A DNA stretch of 64,000 nucleotides, taken from NCBI GenBank assembly GCA_964543035.1, contig CAZIVL010000001.1:303736-367735 (forward strand), given 5' to 3'. Made by a program: the position numbers and the translations under genes. Below, piece after piece: positions 48,898 to 57,270 of this stretch. The stretch is from an uncultured Gammaproteobacteria bacterium. GTDB taxonomy: Bacteria > Patescibacteriota > Microgenomatia > CAZETR01 > Amesbacteraceae. Each line of letters begins with the position of its first letter. The first letter of the stretch is position 1. Below the pieces are notes generated by a model. The model had not been told where the DNA came from. It saw nothing but the letters and a program-made list of their open reading frames with translations, and searched no databases.

Positions 48898-50118
48898 ATG
48901 GCACTTGTAAAACCAGACGTCGGCAGGTTCGCAAAAATTAAAGTCATTGGTGTGGGTGGCGGCGGCGGCAATGCTCTAAACTCCATGATAACGAGCGGCA
49001 CGATAAGTGGTGTAGATTTTATTTCCGTAAACACCGATGCCCAAGTTCTCCTCACAAATCTCGCCGGCACAAAGCTTCAAATCGGGGACAACCTAACTCG
49101 GGGATTGGGATCAGGTGGCAATCCTGATATAGGTTCTCAAGCCGCCGAGGAATCTCGCGAGAAGATCAAAGAATATTTGGTGGATTCAGACATGATCTTT
49201 ATCACCGCCGGTATGGGCGGTGGCACGGGAACTGGAGCCGCCCCAGTTATTGCCGAGATTGCCAAAGAGCAAGGTGCTCTTACTGTAGCCATAGTCACCA
49301 AGCCGTTTGCTTTCGAAGGCGCCCGTCGCATGGTCAATGCCGAAGAGGGGATAGAGAGACTCAAAGACAAGGTGGATACCTTAATCGTCATCCCAAATCA
49401 GAGACTTTTGGATGTAGTCGATCGCAAGATGACACTCCTCGAGGCTTTTCGGGTGGCCGACTCAGTCCTCACTCAAGGAGTTCAAGGTATTTCCGATATC
49501 ATCACAGTACCTGGATTAATCAACGTAGATTTTGCCGATGTAAAGGCCATTATGAATGATGCCGGATCGGCTCTCATGGGTATTGGAAATGGTGTAGGCG
49601 ACAGTCGGGCTCAGATGGCAGCCAGGGCCGCCATCTCCTCCCCCCTTCTTGAAGTTTCTATAGATGGAGCCAAGGGAGTGCTTTTCAATATCACGGGTGG
49701 TCCGGATATGACCATGACCGAGGTAGACGAAGCCGCCCAGATCATTTCCGAAGCCGCCGATGCCGATGCCAACATCATTTTCGGAGCGGCAATTAACGAT
49801 AAGCTCATCGATCAGATGAAAATCACAGTCATTGCTACTGGCTTTGACGAGACCCGGTCCAGACTTGCCAGTATGGTAACTAGAACTACCAGGCCTGTTC
49901 ATACAGGCAGTCCCGTCTCAACCGGCTTAGTCTCAGAAAAACCGCTTCGCACTCCGCCTCCCCAATTTGTCCCCAGTCAACAGACTCAGCCGCAAGCCCA
50001 ATCTGACGACCAGTCAGACGATCAAAACCAACCAATCACCAATAACCAATCCCAAACAACTACAAGTATGTCCGAAGACGACTGGGACATCCCAGCCTTC
50101 CTAAGACAAAGAAAATAA
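48898..50118 (+). CDS. ftsZ: Cell division protein FtsZ
   Basis: [26 protein letters not shown]-terminal DIPAFLR. Confidence 0.98.
   Translation: MALVKPDVGRFAKIKVIGVGGGGGNALNSMITSGTISGVDFISVNTDAQVLLTNLAGTKLQIGDNLTRGLGSGGNPDIGSQAAEESREKIKEYLVDSDMIFITAGMGGGTGTGAAPVIAEIAKEQGALTVAIVTKPFAFEGARRMVNAEEGIERLKDKVDTLIVIPNQRLLDVVDRKMTLLEAFRVADSVLTQGVQGISDIITVPGLINVDFADVKAIMNDAGSALMGIGNGVGDSRAQMAARAAISSPLLEVSIDGAKGVLFNITGGPDMTMTEVDEAAQIISEAADADANIIFGAAINDKLIDQMKITVIATGFDETRSRLASMVTRTTRPVHTGSPVSTGLVSEKPLRTPPPQFVPSQQTQPQAQSDDQSDDQNQPITNNQSQTTTSMSEDDWDIPAFLRQRK
50027..50061 (+). repeat. Heptamer array in ftsZ C-terminal linker
   Basis: ACCAACC AATCACC AATAACC AATCCCA AACAACT. Confidence 0.55.
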
Positions 50119-50120
50119 AT

Positions 50121-50423
50121 ATGTCACAGAATACTCCTCCATCTCTCCGAGACCAAACAGATGCCATTGGTCGTTTAGCCAAATCAGGTGTAGAGGCGAT
50201 GGAAGTTCTACAAAAAGTTGAAAGGTCTCGGGCCAGAAATCTTGTCGACAGAGCCTATGCAGCCACAGCGGGAGTTTGCGCGCTGGCATTTCTCGGCTTT
50301 GAATTTATAGGGGACCGCCTTTTAACTCCAGGAGAATCTACTGTCGGTAAATACACGGCCCTTGGTATCGCAGCTATCGTTCTCATTATTTCGGCGATAG
50401 ATCGCAAAATAAACGAGGTTTAA
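50121..50423 (+). CDS. Small membrane protein (2 TM)
   Basis: Starts 2 nt after ftsZ stop; two C-terminal TM. Confidence 0.65.
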   Translation: MSQNTPPSLRDQTDAIGRLAKSGVEAMEVLQKVERSRARNLVDRAYAATAGVCALAFLGFEFIGDRLLTPGESTVGKYTALGIAAIVLIISAIDRKINEV

Positions 50424-50457
50424 GTAGACCCCACCTTCCTGCGCCAGAGAAAATAAT

Positions 50458-50649
50458 ATGAAAGTAGAGGCCCCAGTAGTGGTAGGAATTTTTACAACGG
50501 GAATAGTTGGGTTATTCTCGGTCTTGAACCAATACGAAACATTTTTGTCCAATCCAGATAACTTTGACCCAAAAATGTTTTTTGGAGGACTGCTATTATT
50601 GGCATCCATGACATATTTGGTTATTAGATGTAGGTCAGACAGGAGATGA
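50458..50649 (+). CDS. Small membrane protein (2 TM)
   Basis: TM-loop(NFDPK)-TM-basic tail. Confidence 0.55.
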   Translation: MKVEAPVVVGIFTTGIVGLFSVLNQYETFLSNPDNFDPKMFFGGLLLLASMTYLVIRCRSDRR

Positions 50650-50819
50650 TAAAAGACAGACTCCACAGGCGACTGGCCTATACAGCCCTCGCAGTTTCAA
50701 GCTTTGTAACAATTGATCAACTGTGGGGCACTCTATTTGGAGAGAAGTTTGATCCTGTGGTAGCACTCGGGTCTTTAGCTACAGCTATCGTGTGTGCTGT
50801 TCTTATATTGAAGAAATAA
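50646..50819 (+). CDS. Small 57-aa membrane protein (absent from ORF track)
   Basis: ATGA overlap with previous ORF; MIKDRLHRRLAYTALAVSSFVTIDQLWGTLFGEKFDPVVALGSLATAIVCAVLILKK. Confidence 0.6.
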   Translation: MIKDRLHRRLAYTALAVSSFVTIDQLWGTLFGEKFDPVVALGSLATAIVCAVLILKK

Positions 50820-50863
50820 GATATTTACTTGAACTGTCACATAATTTCTGATAAAGACAATAC

Positions 50864-51064
50864 ATGGATAGAGATTGGCTAAGAAGAACTCTTGCTTTAT
50901 CAGCTTTTATTGGAGAGTTGATAGCTGGTCCGGTCTTAATAACGTCTTTTCCTGAACAAGCTGGCACTCTGGTACAAGCTTGGATAGTCACACTAGTTGC
51001 TACCGCAGCATTAGGATGTGTCCCTGCCAATATCAATAATCCAGAAAGCCCCGCCGGTTTGTAA
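50864..51064 (+). CDS. Small membrane protein (2 TM)
   Basis: MDRDWLRR followed by two hydrophobic helices. Confidence 0.5.
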   Translation: MDRDWLRRTLALSAFIGELIAGPVLITSFPEQAGTLVQAWIVTLVATAALGCVPANINNPESPAGL

Positions 51065-51087
51065 GTCGGATGTTGTATAATTATCAA

Positions 51088-51242
51088 GCAATACTTCGCG
51101 ATCAACGAAGTGCACTGGGGAAGAACGCTTGTCCTGAGCTTGTCGAAGGATCTTGCAAGTAGAACCCCACTCGAATTAAGAAGCAATCAAGGTGGTACCA
51201 CGCATTACATGCGTCCTTGTATTAATATATACAAGACCATGT
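51088..51242 (+). ncRNA. Isoleucine T-box riboswitch, ultrashort Stem I, translational type
   Basis: ACTTCG-CGATCAA-CGAAGT (AUC specifier 51101-03); Stem II TGGGG-AAGAAC...AAGTAGAA-CCCCA; CAAGG-TGGTACC-ACGCAT..ATGCGT-CCTTG; alternative hairpin pairs the AUG; TATAAT at 51076. Confidence 0.9.
51130..51152 (+). repeat. REP-like hairpin copy 4 (inside T-box Stem II)
   Basis: TGTCCTGAGCTTGTCGAAGGATC. Confidence 0.7.
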
Positions 51243-54070
51243 TCAAATCAGTCTCATCTCAAGTAGATTTTATAGCTTTGGAAAAGGAGCTCCTCAAGTG
51301 GTGGTATGAAAGCGGCGTCGTAAAGAAATATCTTCAAAAAAACAAGGATAGTAAGACAAAATTCTCATTTTTAGACGGTCCAATTACAGCCAACAATCCC
51401 ATGGCCATTCATCACGCCTGGGGCAGGTCATACAAAGACTTGTGGCAAAAGTATCACACCATGAAAGGGGACGCCGGTCGTTATCAAAACGGTTTTGACT
51501 GCCAAGGGCTGTGGGTTGAAGTAGAAGTCGAAAAAGAGCTGGGCTTTAAGTCCAAAAAAGACATCGAGACCTATGGTGTGGCCAATTTTGTAAACAAGTG
51601 CAAAGAGAGGGTTTTAAAGTTTTCTGCCATGCAGACCGAACAGACAAAGAGATTAGGCAATTTCATGGATTGGGACAACTCTTATTTCACCATGTCCGAT
51701 GAAAACAATTATTGGATCTGGAAGTTTTTGAAGACTTGCTGGGAGAGGGGCTGGCTGTACAAAGGTCACGAGTCCATCCCCTGGTGCCCGAGGTGTGAAA
51801 CCGCTATTTCTCAGCACGAGATTCTGACCGAGGACTACAAAGAAGTCGTGCACGAATCGGTGTATCTAAAACTTCCATTGGTAAAAAATCCAGAAGAACA
51901 TCTACTAGTCTGGACTACCACTCCCTGGACCATTCCGGCAAACATCGCAGTGGCTGTAGACGAAAAGCTTGAATACGCTCTGGTGAATAAATGTTGGGTC
52001 GCAAAAGATGCGGTTGAGCGTCTGTTTGGCAAAGATGCTGTTGTTGAATCCACACTGTCAGGCAAAAAATTAGTAGGCCTCAAATACACCGGCCCTTTTG
52101 ATGACCTGCCCGCAGTTCAGGAAGTGGCCAGTCATCCTCTATTTCATACCGTCGTGGCCACTGATTCTCAGATCATGCCCATTACCATCACCGAAGGAAC
52201 TGGACTTGTTCATACTGCAGTCTCTGCTGGCCTGGAGGATTTTCAGCTAGGCAAAAAGCGAGGCTTACCCTTGATTCCAGTTATTCAAGATGACGCAAGT
52301 TACTTTGCCACCATGGGATTTTTATCCGGGAAAAACGCCAAAAAACATCCCGAGCTGGTGATCGACTATCTAAAGACTAATGACTATTTACTAAAGACTG
52401 AGCACTACAAGCATCGTTATCCTGGCTGTTGGCGTTGCAAGTCGGAGCTCGTTTGGAAAGTGGCCGACGAATGGTACATCGGTATGGACAAGCCCGATCC
52501 CACCCATCCTCAAAAGCAGACCCTAAGAGAGCAGATGGTCGAAGTTGCCAGGGAGATCAATTGGTTACCATCCTTTGGATTGGATCGCGAGCTGGATTGG
52601 CTAAAAAACATGCACGACTGGCTGATATCCAAAAAAAATCGTTACTGGGGACTCGCTCTTCCTATATATGAATGTGGCAGCTGTGGACATTTTGAAGTCA
52701 TAGGTGGCCGTGATGAGCTTCAGGATAAGGCAGTCGAGGGCTGGGACAAATTTGATGGCAACAGTCCCCACAAACCCTGGATCGATGAAGTCAAGATAAA
52801 GTGTTCAAAATGTGAGGCGACAGTCTCTCGCATACTGGATGTAGGCAACGTCTGGCTCGATGCTGGCATCGTGCCATTTTCGACTCTCCCCGCAGACTGG
52901 TTCCCAGCCGATTTCATTACAGAATCGTTCCCCGGTCAGTTCAAAAACTGGTTTTACTCCATGATTGTCATGAGTACCGTCATGGCCAAATCGATTCCTT
53001 TCAAGACCGTCTTGGGATATGCCACCGTTCTGGCCGAAGATGGCAAGCCCATGCATAAGTCGGCCGGCAACTATATAGAGTTCAACGAAGGTGCAGACAA
53101 GATTGGCGTCGACGTCATCCGCTGGATGTATGCCACCCACAAGCCCGAGGACAATATCCTATTCGGTTACAAAAAAGCTGACGAAACCAGACGTCAGTTT
53201 CATCTCATACTGTGGAACGTTTATAACTTCTTCATTACCTATGCAAATCTGGATAAATTCGAGCCTGAGAGTATCCCAGCCCACCTGTCAATGTCAGTTT
53301 TGGATAATTGGATATTTGTGCGGCTTTCCGAGACCATAAAATCAGTCACAGATTCCCTGGACAAATATGATCCCTTCGCAGCCTCGCAAGCTGTAGAAGA
53401 TTTTGTCTCGGACCTCTCGCTCTGGTATGTCAGGCGTTCCCGGGATCGCGTAGGTCCTACAGCCGTAGACCAAGAAGACAAAACATCTTGTCTCACTACT
53501 CTCTACACCGTGCTCACCACCTTGTCCAAATTGCTAGCTCCTTTTATGCCGTTTATGTCCGAAGAGATATACAAAAACCTTACCGGTGAGGAGTCAGTGC
53601 ATCTTTCCGATTGGCCCTCTTCCCAAAATCAAGCAGCTGCAGATCTAAAATTGATTGAGGATATGAAATTGGTCAGGAGGATTGTGGAGCAAGGGCTAGC
53701 CGCACGCAAAGCCGCCGGTATAAAAGTCCGCCAGCCACTCCAAAAAATTACGGTCACCTCGCCCGAGTTGGGGTCCGAGCTTGCTCAGCTCATAAAAGAC
53801 GAGCTAAATATCAAAGAAATAGTCTGGTCCAAAGGTGATGATCTGTCCGTCGTTTTGGACACTGATATCACTCCAGAGTTGCAAGAAGAAGGCCAGCTGC
53901 GCGAGCTCATGCGCACAGTTCAGGATCTGCGAAAAAGCCAAAACGCCAGACTCGACCAAAAGGTTATCCTTACTCTCATCGAAATGCCGACAAATCTGGA
54001 GGAACTCAAGCGCCAGGTATTGGCAAAAGAAGTAAGAGTTGGTCCAGAGGTTACAATAGAGTTGGTATGA
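51239..54070 (+). CDS. ileS: Isoleucine--tRNA ligase (type 2)
   Basis: DGPITAN, GFDCQGL, WTTTPWT, GTGLVH, DWLIS..RYWG, WYVRRSR; start ATG 51239 after T-box. Confidence 0.95.
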   Translation: MFKSVSSQVDFIALEKELLKWWYESGVVKKYLQKNKDSKTKFSFLDGPITANNPMAIHHAWGRSYKDLWQKYHTMKGDAGRYQNGFDCQGLWVEVEVEKELGFKSKKDIETYGVANFVNKCKERVLKFSAMQTEQTKRLGNFMDWDNSYFTMSDENNYWIWKFLKTCWERGWLYKGHESIPWCPRCETAISQHEILTEDYKEVVHESVYLKLPLVKNPEEHLLVWTTTPWTIPANIAVAVDEKLEYALVNKCWVAKDAVERLFGKDAVVESTLSGKKLVGLKYTGPFDDLPAVQEVASHPLFHTVVATDSQIMPITITEGTGLVHTAVSAGLEDFQLGKKRGLPLIPVIQDDASYFATMGFLSGKNAKKHPELVIDYLKTNDYLLKTEHYKHRYPGCWRCKSELVWKVADEWYIGMDKPDPTHPQKQTLREQMVEVAREINWLPSFGLDRELDWLKNMHDWLISKKNRYWGLALPIYECGSCGHFEVIGGRDELQDKAVEGWDKFDGNSPHKPWIDEVKIKCSKCEATVSRILDVGNVWLDAGIVPFSTLPADWFPADFITESFPGQFKNWFYSMIVMSTVMAKSIPFKTVLGYATVLAEDGKPMHKSAGNYIEFNEGADKIGVDVIRWMYATHKPEDNILFGYKKADETRRQFHLILWNVYNFFITYANLDKFEPESIPAHLSMSVLDNWIFVRLSETIKSVTDSLDKYDPFAASQAVEDFVSDLSLWYVRRSRDRVGPTAVDQEDKTSCLTTLYTVLTTLSKLLAPFMPFMSEEIYKNLTGEESVHLSDWPSSQNQAAADLKLIEDMKLVRRIVEQGLAARKAAGIKVRQPLQKITVTSPELGSELAQLIKDELNIKEIVWSKGDDLSVVLDTDITPELQEEGQLRELMRTVQDLRKSQNARLDQKVILTLIEMPTNLEELKRQVLAKEVRVGPEVTIELV

Positions 54071-55110
54071 AGATAGACTGGCGACTTGGAATTCCCATCC
54101 TTATCTTATTGTCCATCAGTCTGACTATCATAAAAAGTGTTGCCCCTTCAGTCTTTGTTAGCCAGCTTCTGTTTAGTCTGGTTTCTATAGTCTTTTTTGT
54201 GGTCTTTTCCCGTATCGATTATCAGATTTTTTTCTCCCTGTTTGTTCCTCAGTATTTTCTCTCTCTGATTTTTTTGGTCTTGCCTTATCTTTTTGGAGCC
54301 ATTAGCAGAGGGGCTGTAAGATGGCTTCAGATAGGCACTTTTTCACTCCAACCTTCAGAGATTGTCAAGCCATTTTTAGTCATCGCTTTTTGCAGTCTGG
54401 CAGTGTCGGGACTCCAAAACAAATTGCTGTGGCTCGTCGCGGCAATTCTCCCGCCCGCGGCTCTTATCTTTTTTCAGCCCGATTTGGGCACAACTTTAGT
54501 GGTATTGGTCGGCTGGATTGCAGTTGTGGTTACCAAGCTTTCCTTCAAAGATATTTTGGCCATTGGAATTGCTTTGTCTGTCTTGGCTTGGCCGGTTTAC
54601 CGTTTTGTCTTGCATGATTATCAACGGCAAAGACTCATTACATTTGTAAATCCCTACACCGATCCTCTAGGCCGCGGCTATCACGTAATCCAGTCCACAA
54701 TTGCCGTGGGTTCCGGTCAGTGGTTTGGTAGGGGATTGGGGCACGGCTCCCAGTCCCAGCTCCAGTTTCTGCCCGAGCACCACACCGACTTTGTTTTTGC
54801 CGCTCTTTCCGAAGAACTGGGATTGTTTGGAGGCAGTGTGGTCCTCCTAGTTCTCCTTCTGCTTTTATTTCGTATCTACCAGATCTCTCAGGCCACGACC
54901 GATCCTGCGGCTGCTCTTTTTAGTCTTTCGGTCCTCGTGATCCTGTTTTTCCAGTCTTTTGTAAATATCGGCATGAACATAGGCATTGCTCCCGTGACCG
55001 GGGTTACTCTCCCCTTTGTCTCATACGGAGGCTCGTCTCTGCTGTCCCTTGGCATTACTCTAGGTCTGGTCAGCTCCATTGCGAACAAGAGTGGCTCAAG
55101 GTATAATTAG
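54067..55110 (+). CDS. rodA: SEDS protein RodA
   Basis: GAVRW, QPSE..K, QPDLGT, YQ..R, QS.IAVGSG, FLPEHHTDF, SYGGSS. Confidence 0.9.
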   Translation: MKIDWRLGIPILILLSISLTIIKSVAPSVFVSQLLFSLVSIVFFVVFSRIDYQIFFSLFVPQYFLSLIFLVLPYLFGAISRGAVRWLQIGTFSLQPSEIVKPFLVIAFCSLAVSGLQNKLLWLVAAILPPAALIFFQPDLGTTLVVLVGWIAVVVTKLSFKDILAIGIALSVLAWPVYRFVLHDYQRQRLITFVNPYTDPLGRGYHVIQSTIAVGSGQWFGRGLGHGSQSQLQFLPEHHTDFVFAALSEELGLFGGSVVLLVLLLLLFRIYQISQATTDPAAALFSLSVLVILFFQSFVNIGMNIGIAPVTGVTLPFVSYGGSSLLSLGITLGLVSSIANKSGSRYN

Positions 55111-55114
55111 CCTC

Positions 55115-55426
55115 ATGCAGGCCGTCGTCAAGATCAATACTACCCAATATCTAGTCAGTCCCCAGGACGAAATCTCAGTTCCTCTTATGGACCAAACCGA
55201 AGGAGAAATAGTGTTTGACCAGGTATTTATGACCATCGACGGTGACAAGATCGCAGTCGGTCAGCCTACAGTGGCCGGGGCAAAAGTAACTGCGACCGTA
55301 ACCGGTACCAAAAAAGGAGAAAAAGTCCGAGTGTTTAAATTCAAAGCCAAGAGCAGGTATCGAAAAACCAAAGGTTTCAGAGCAAAATTCACGACTCTAC
55401 GCATTGATTCAGTCACTGCTAAGTGA
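55115..55426 (+). CDS. rplU: 50S ribosomal protein L21
   Basis: VGQP.V.GAKV, KGEKV..FKFKAKSRYRK..G.R; start ATG 55115. Confidence 0.93.
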   Translation: MQAVVKINTTQYLVSPQDEISVPLMDQTEGEIVFDQVFMTIDGDKIAVGQPTVAGAKVTATVTGTKKGEKVRVFKFKAKSRYRKTKGFRAKFTTLRIDSVTAK

Positions 55427-55434
55427 AAAGTAGC

Positions 55435-55463
55435 TTGACAATCGTGAAAAATATTTCTACTAT
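55435..55463 (+). promoter_or_regulatory. rpmA promoter
   Basis: TTGACA-17 nt-TACTAT, 10 nt before ATG. Confidence 0.75.
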
Positions 55464-55473
55464 ATAAACAACT

Positions 55474-55719
55474 ATGGCAAGCACAAAAGCAGGTGGAGCC
55501 ACAAGGCAAAAAGGCAACCGTCGTGGTAAGCGACTGGGAGTCCGTATTTTTGGTGGTGAAAAAGTCATTGCAGGTCACATCTTAGTTCGTCAAAAGGGCT
55601 CAAACTTTAGGGCTGGAGATGGCGTTGGTATGGGTCGCGACTTTACACTTTTTGCTCTCAAAGAAGGAATATTGAAGTTTATAAAAAAACAGGGCAAGCG
55701 TTTTGCTACTGTCGTCTAA
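55474..55719 (+). CDS. rpmA: 50S ribosomal protein L27
   Basis: [33 protein letters not shown]. Confidence 0.96.
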   Translation: MASTKAGGATRQKGNRRGKRLGVRIFGGEKVIAGHILVRQKGSNFRAGDGVGMGRDFTLFALKEGILKFIKKQGKRFATVV

Positions 55720-55722
55720 AGC

Positions 55723-56547
55723 ATGACTCAACAAATAATTGAGCTCGAAATCGATTCCCTCCAAGCCAATCCCCTCCAGCCTCGCGGTATCATTACTCCA
55801 GAATCTCTAGTAGATCTTGTCGATTCCATCCGTGAGCAGGGTATCCTTCAGCCTCTGGTCGTGGCCAAGACCCCCGCCGGCTACCAGATAATCGCCGGAG
55901 AGCGTAGGTGGCGCGCTTCCAAGCTCGCAGGTCTCAAGGTCGTGCCCGTCATCATCAAAGAGACCACTCCCCAAGGCATGCTCGAGATGGCCATCGTCGA
56001 AAATGTCCAGCGCTCAGACCTAAATCCAGTAGACCGCGCCAAGTCATTTGATAGACTTCTGCGAGAATTTTCACTTTCAAATAGCGAAGTAGCCCAGAGG
56101 ATTGGCAAGAGCCCGGCCTACATCAGCAATTCTCTCAGGCTTCTCACTCTCCCAGACGCTCTCAAAGACGGTCTTTTGACCGGTCTTATTTCCGAGGGTC
56201 ACGCCAGAGCCTTAGCTGCCATCGAAGACCCCAAGCAGATAGTCGAGGCCTACAAGATCATCCTCAAGGAAAATGGCTCAGTTAGACGCGCCGAAGAGCT
56301 GGCAAGGAAGATGCGGACTGCGTCTGGCAACAAGCCCAAAGGTAGCACCTTCCACCCCGCCCACGAAGTTTCAGAAGAGATCGATCTCATGCGAAAAAAT
56401 CTCGAAGCCGCCCTCGGCGGTCACCCCAAGGCCCAGACCAAATTGTCACGGTCCAGAGCCGAGACTAGGCTTCTTATTGTCCTCAAAGGTGGTATAGAAG
56501 AAACAGAAGAAAAACTCCAAAAGATCTACAAATCCCTCACTAGTTAG
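55723..56547 (+). CDS. parB: ParB/Spo0J partition protein
   Basis: NPLQPR, GILQP, IIAGERRWRA, ENVQR.DL, HTH, EGHARAL. Confidence 0.93.
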   Translation: MTQQIIELEIDSLQANPLQPRGIITPESLVDLVDSIREQGILQPLVVAKTPAGYQIIAGERRWRASKLAGLKVVPVIIKETTPQGMLEMAIVENVQRSDLNPVDRAKSFDRLLREFSLSNSEVAQRIGKSPAYISNSLRLLTLPDALKDGLLTGLISEGHARALAAIEDPKQIVEAYKIILKENGSVRRAEELARKMRTASGNKPKGSTFHPAHEVSEEIDLMRKNLEAALGGHPKAQTKLSRSRAETRLLIVLKGGIEETEEKLQKIYKSLTS

Positions 56548-57112
56548 TATATCTCTCGTGCGGCACAAAGCCGACGCGGTCCATTGGCCAGTATCTCACC
56601 CAAGCCTTGCCTACGATTGCTTTCTCAGATATCGGTCCCCATTCTCGAGAATCCGAGCTAAATCCGCGATTGTCTCCAAATACAATATAATAATTTGCCG
56701 GCACTCGGTACGGCACTCCCTCGCGCAAAAATGCCTTCTCAGACGTCACATAGTCATTTGGTAGATACATTTCAGGGAGTTGCCTGCCATCTACATACAC
56801 ATATCCGCTTTTAACCATCACGGTCTCGCCCGGAAGTCCTACAATGCGCTTGATAAAGTCACTATCATAAGGCGGTGGAGCATGAAATACGATTACATCC
56901 CCTCGCTGAGGCTTTGACTTGCGATAAGTGATCTTGTCGGTCAGGATGTATTCCCGGTCGTGAAAGTTGGGGTACATGGACCTGCCTTGTACCTGATGCG
57001 GCTGAGCAACTAGTAGATACACCATCATAAATACCGCAAACGCGAGTACCACCGGCTCCAGAGCATCTAGTATCAAAATGTTTCCTCTTCGCTTCTGAAA
57101 AAACTTTCTCAT
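56540..57112 (-). CDS. lepB: Signal peptidase I
   Basis: G.SMYP, FIKRIVGLPG, GDNR..SSDSR. Confidence 0.94.
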   Translation of the reverse strand: MRKFFQKRRGNILILDALEPVVLAFAVFMMVYLLVAQPHQVQGRSMYPNFHDREYILTDKITYRKSKPQRGDVIVFHAPPPYDSDFIKRIVGLPGETVMVKSGYVYVDGRQLPEMYLPNDYVTSEKAFLREGVPYRVPANYYIVFGDNRGFSSDSREWGPISEKAIVGKAWVRYWPMDRVGFVPHERYTN

Positions 57113-57122
57113 CGTTCTGTTT

Positions 57123-57150
57123 ATTATAACGATCCCGCTCGAGTTTGCAA
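57123..57150 (-). promoter_or_regulatory. lepB promoter
   Basis: TTGCAA-16 nt-TATAAT, 10 nt before ATG. Confidence 0.55.
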
Positions 57151-57184
57151 CGCAAAACTGTTAAAATTTGCCCAATTCCAAGTT

Positions 57185-57259
57185 GGTCGCATGGCCCAGC
57201 TGGTCCAGGGCGCTTGATTCACATTCAGGAGATCCCAGGTTCGAATCCTGGTGCGACCA
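57185..57259 (+). tRNA. tRNA-Val (anticodon CAC), CCA not encoded
   Basis: Acceptor GGTCGCA/TGCGACC, D arm GCCC/GGGC, anticodon arm CTTGA-TTCACAT-TCAGG, T arm CCAGG-TTCGAAT-CCTGG, A73. Confidence 0.93.
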
Positions 57260-57270
57260 CACAACTTCCA

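Noticed and set aside
50803-51186. 127-aa minus-strand ORF
   Set aside because: Antisense to the T-box and a small ORF; its SFDKLRT peptide is the REP-like repeat read backwards.
51110-51238. 43-aa N-terminal extension of IleRS in the ORF track
   Set aside because: It is the T-box leader read in frame; the true start is ATG 51239.
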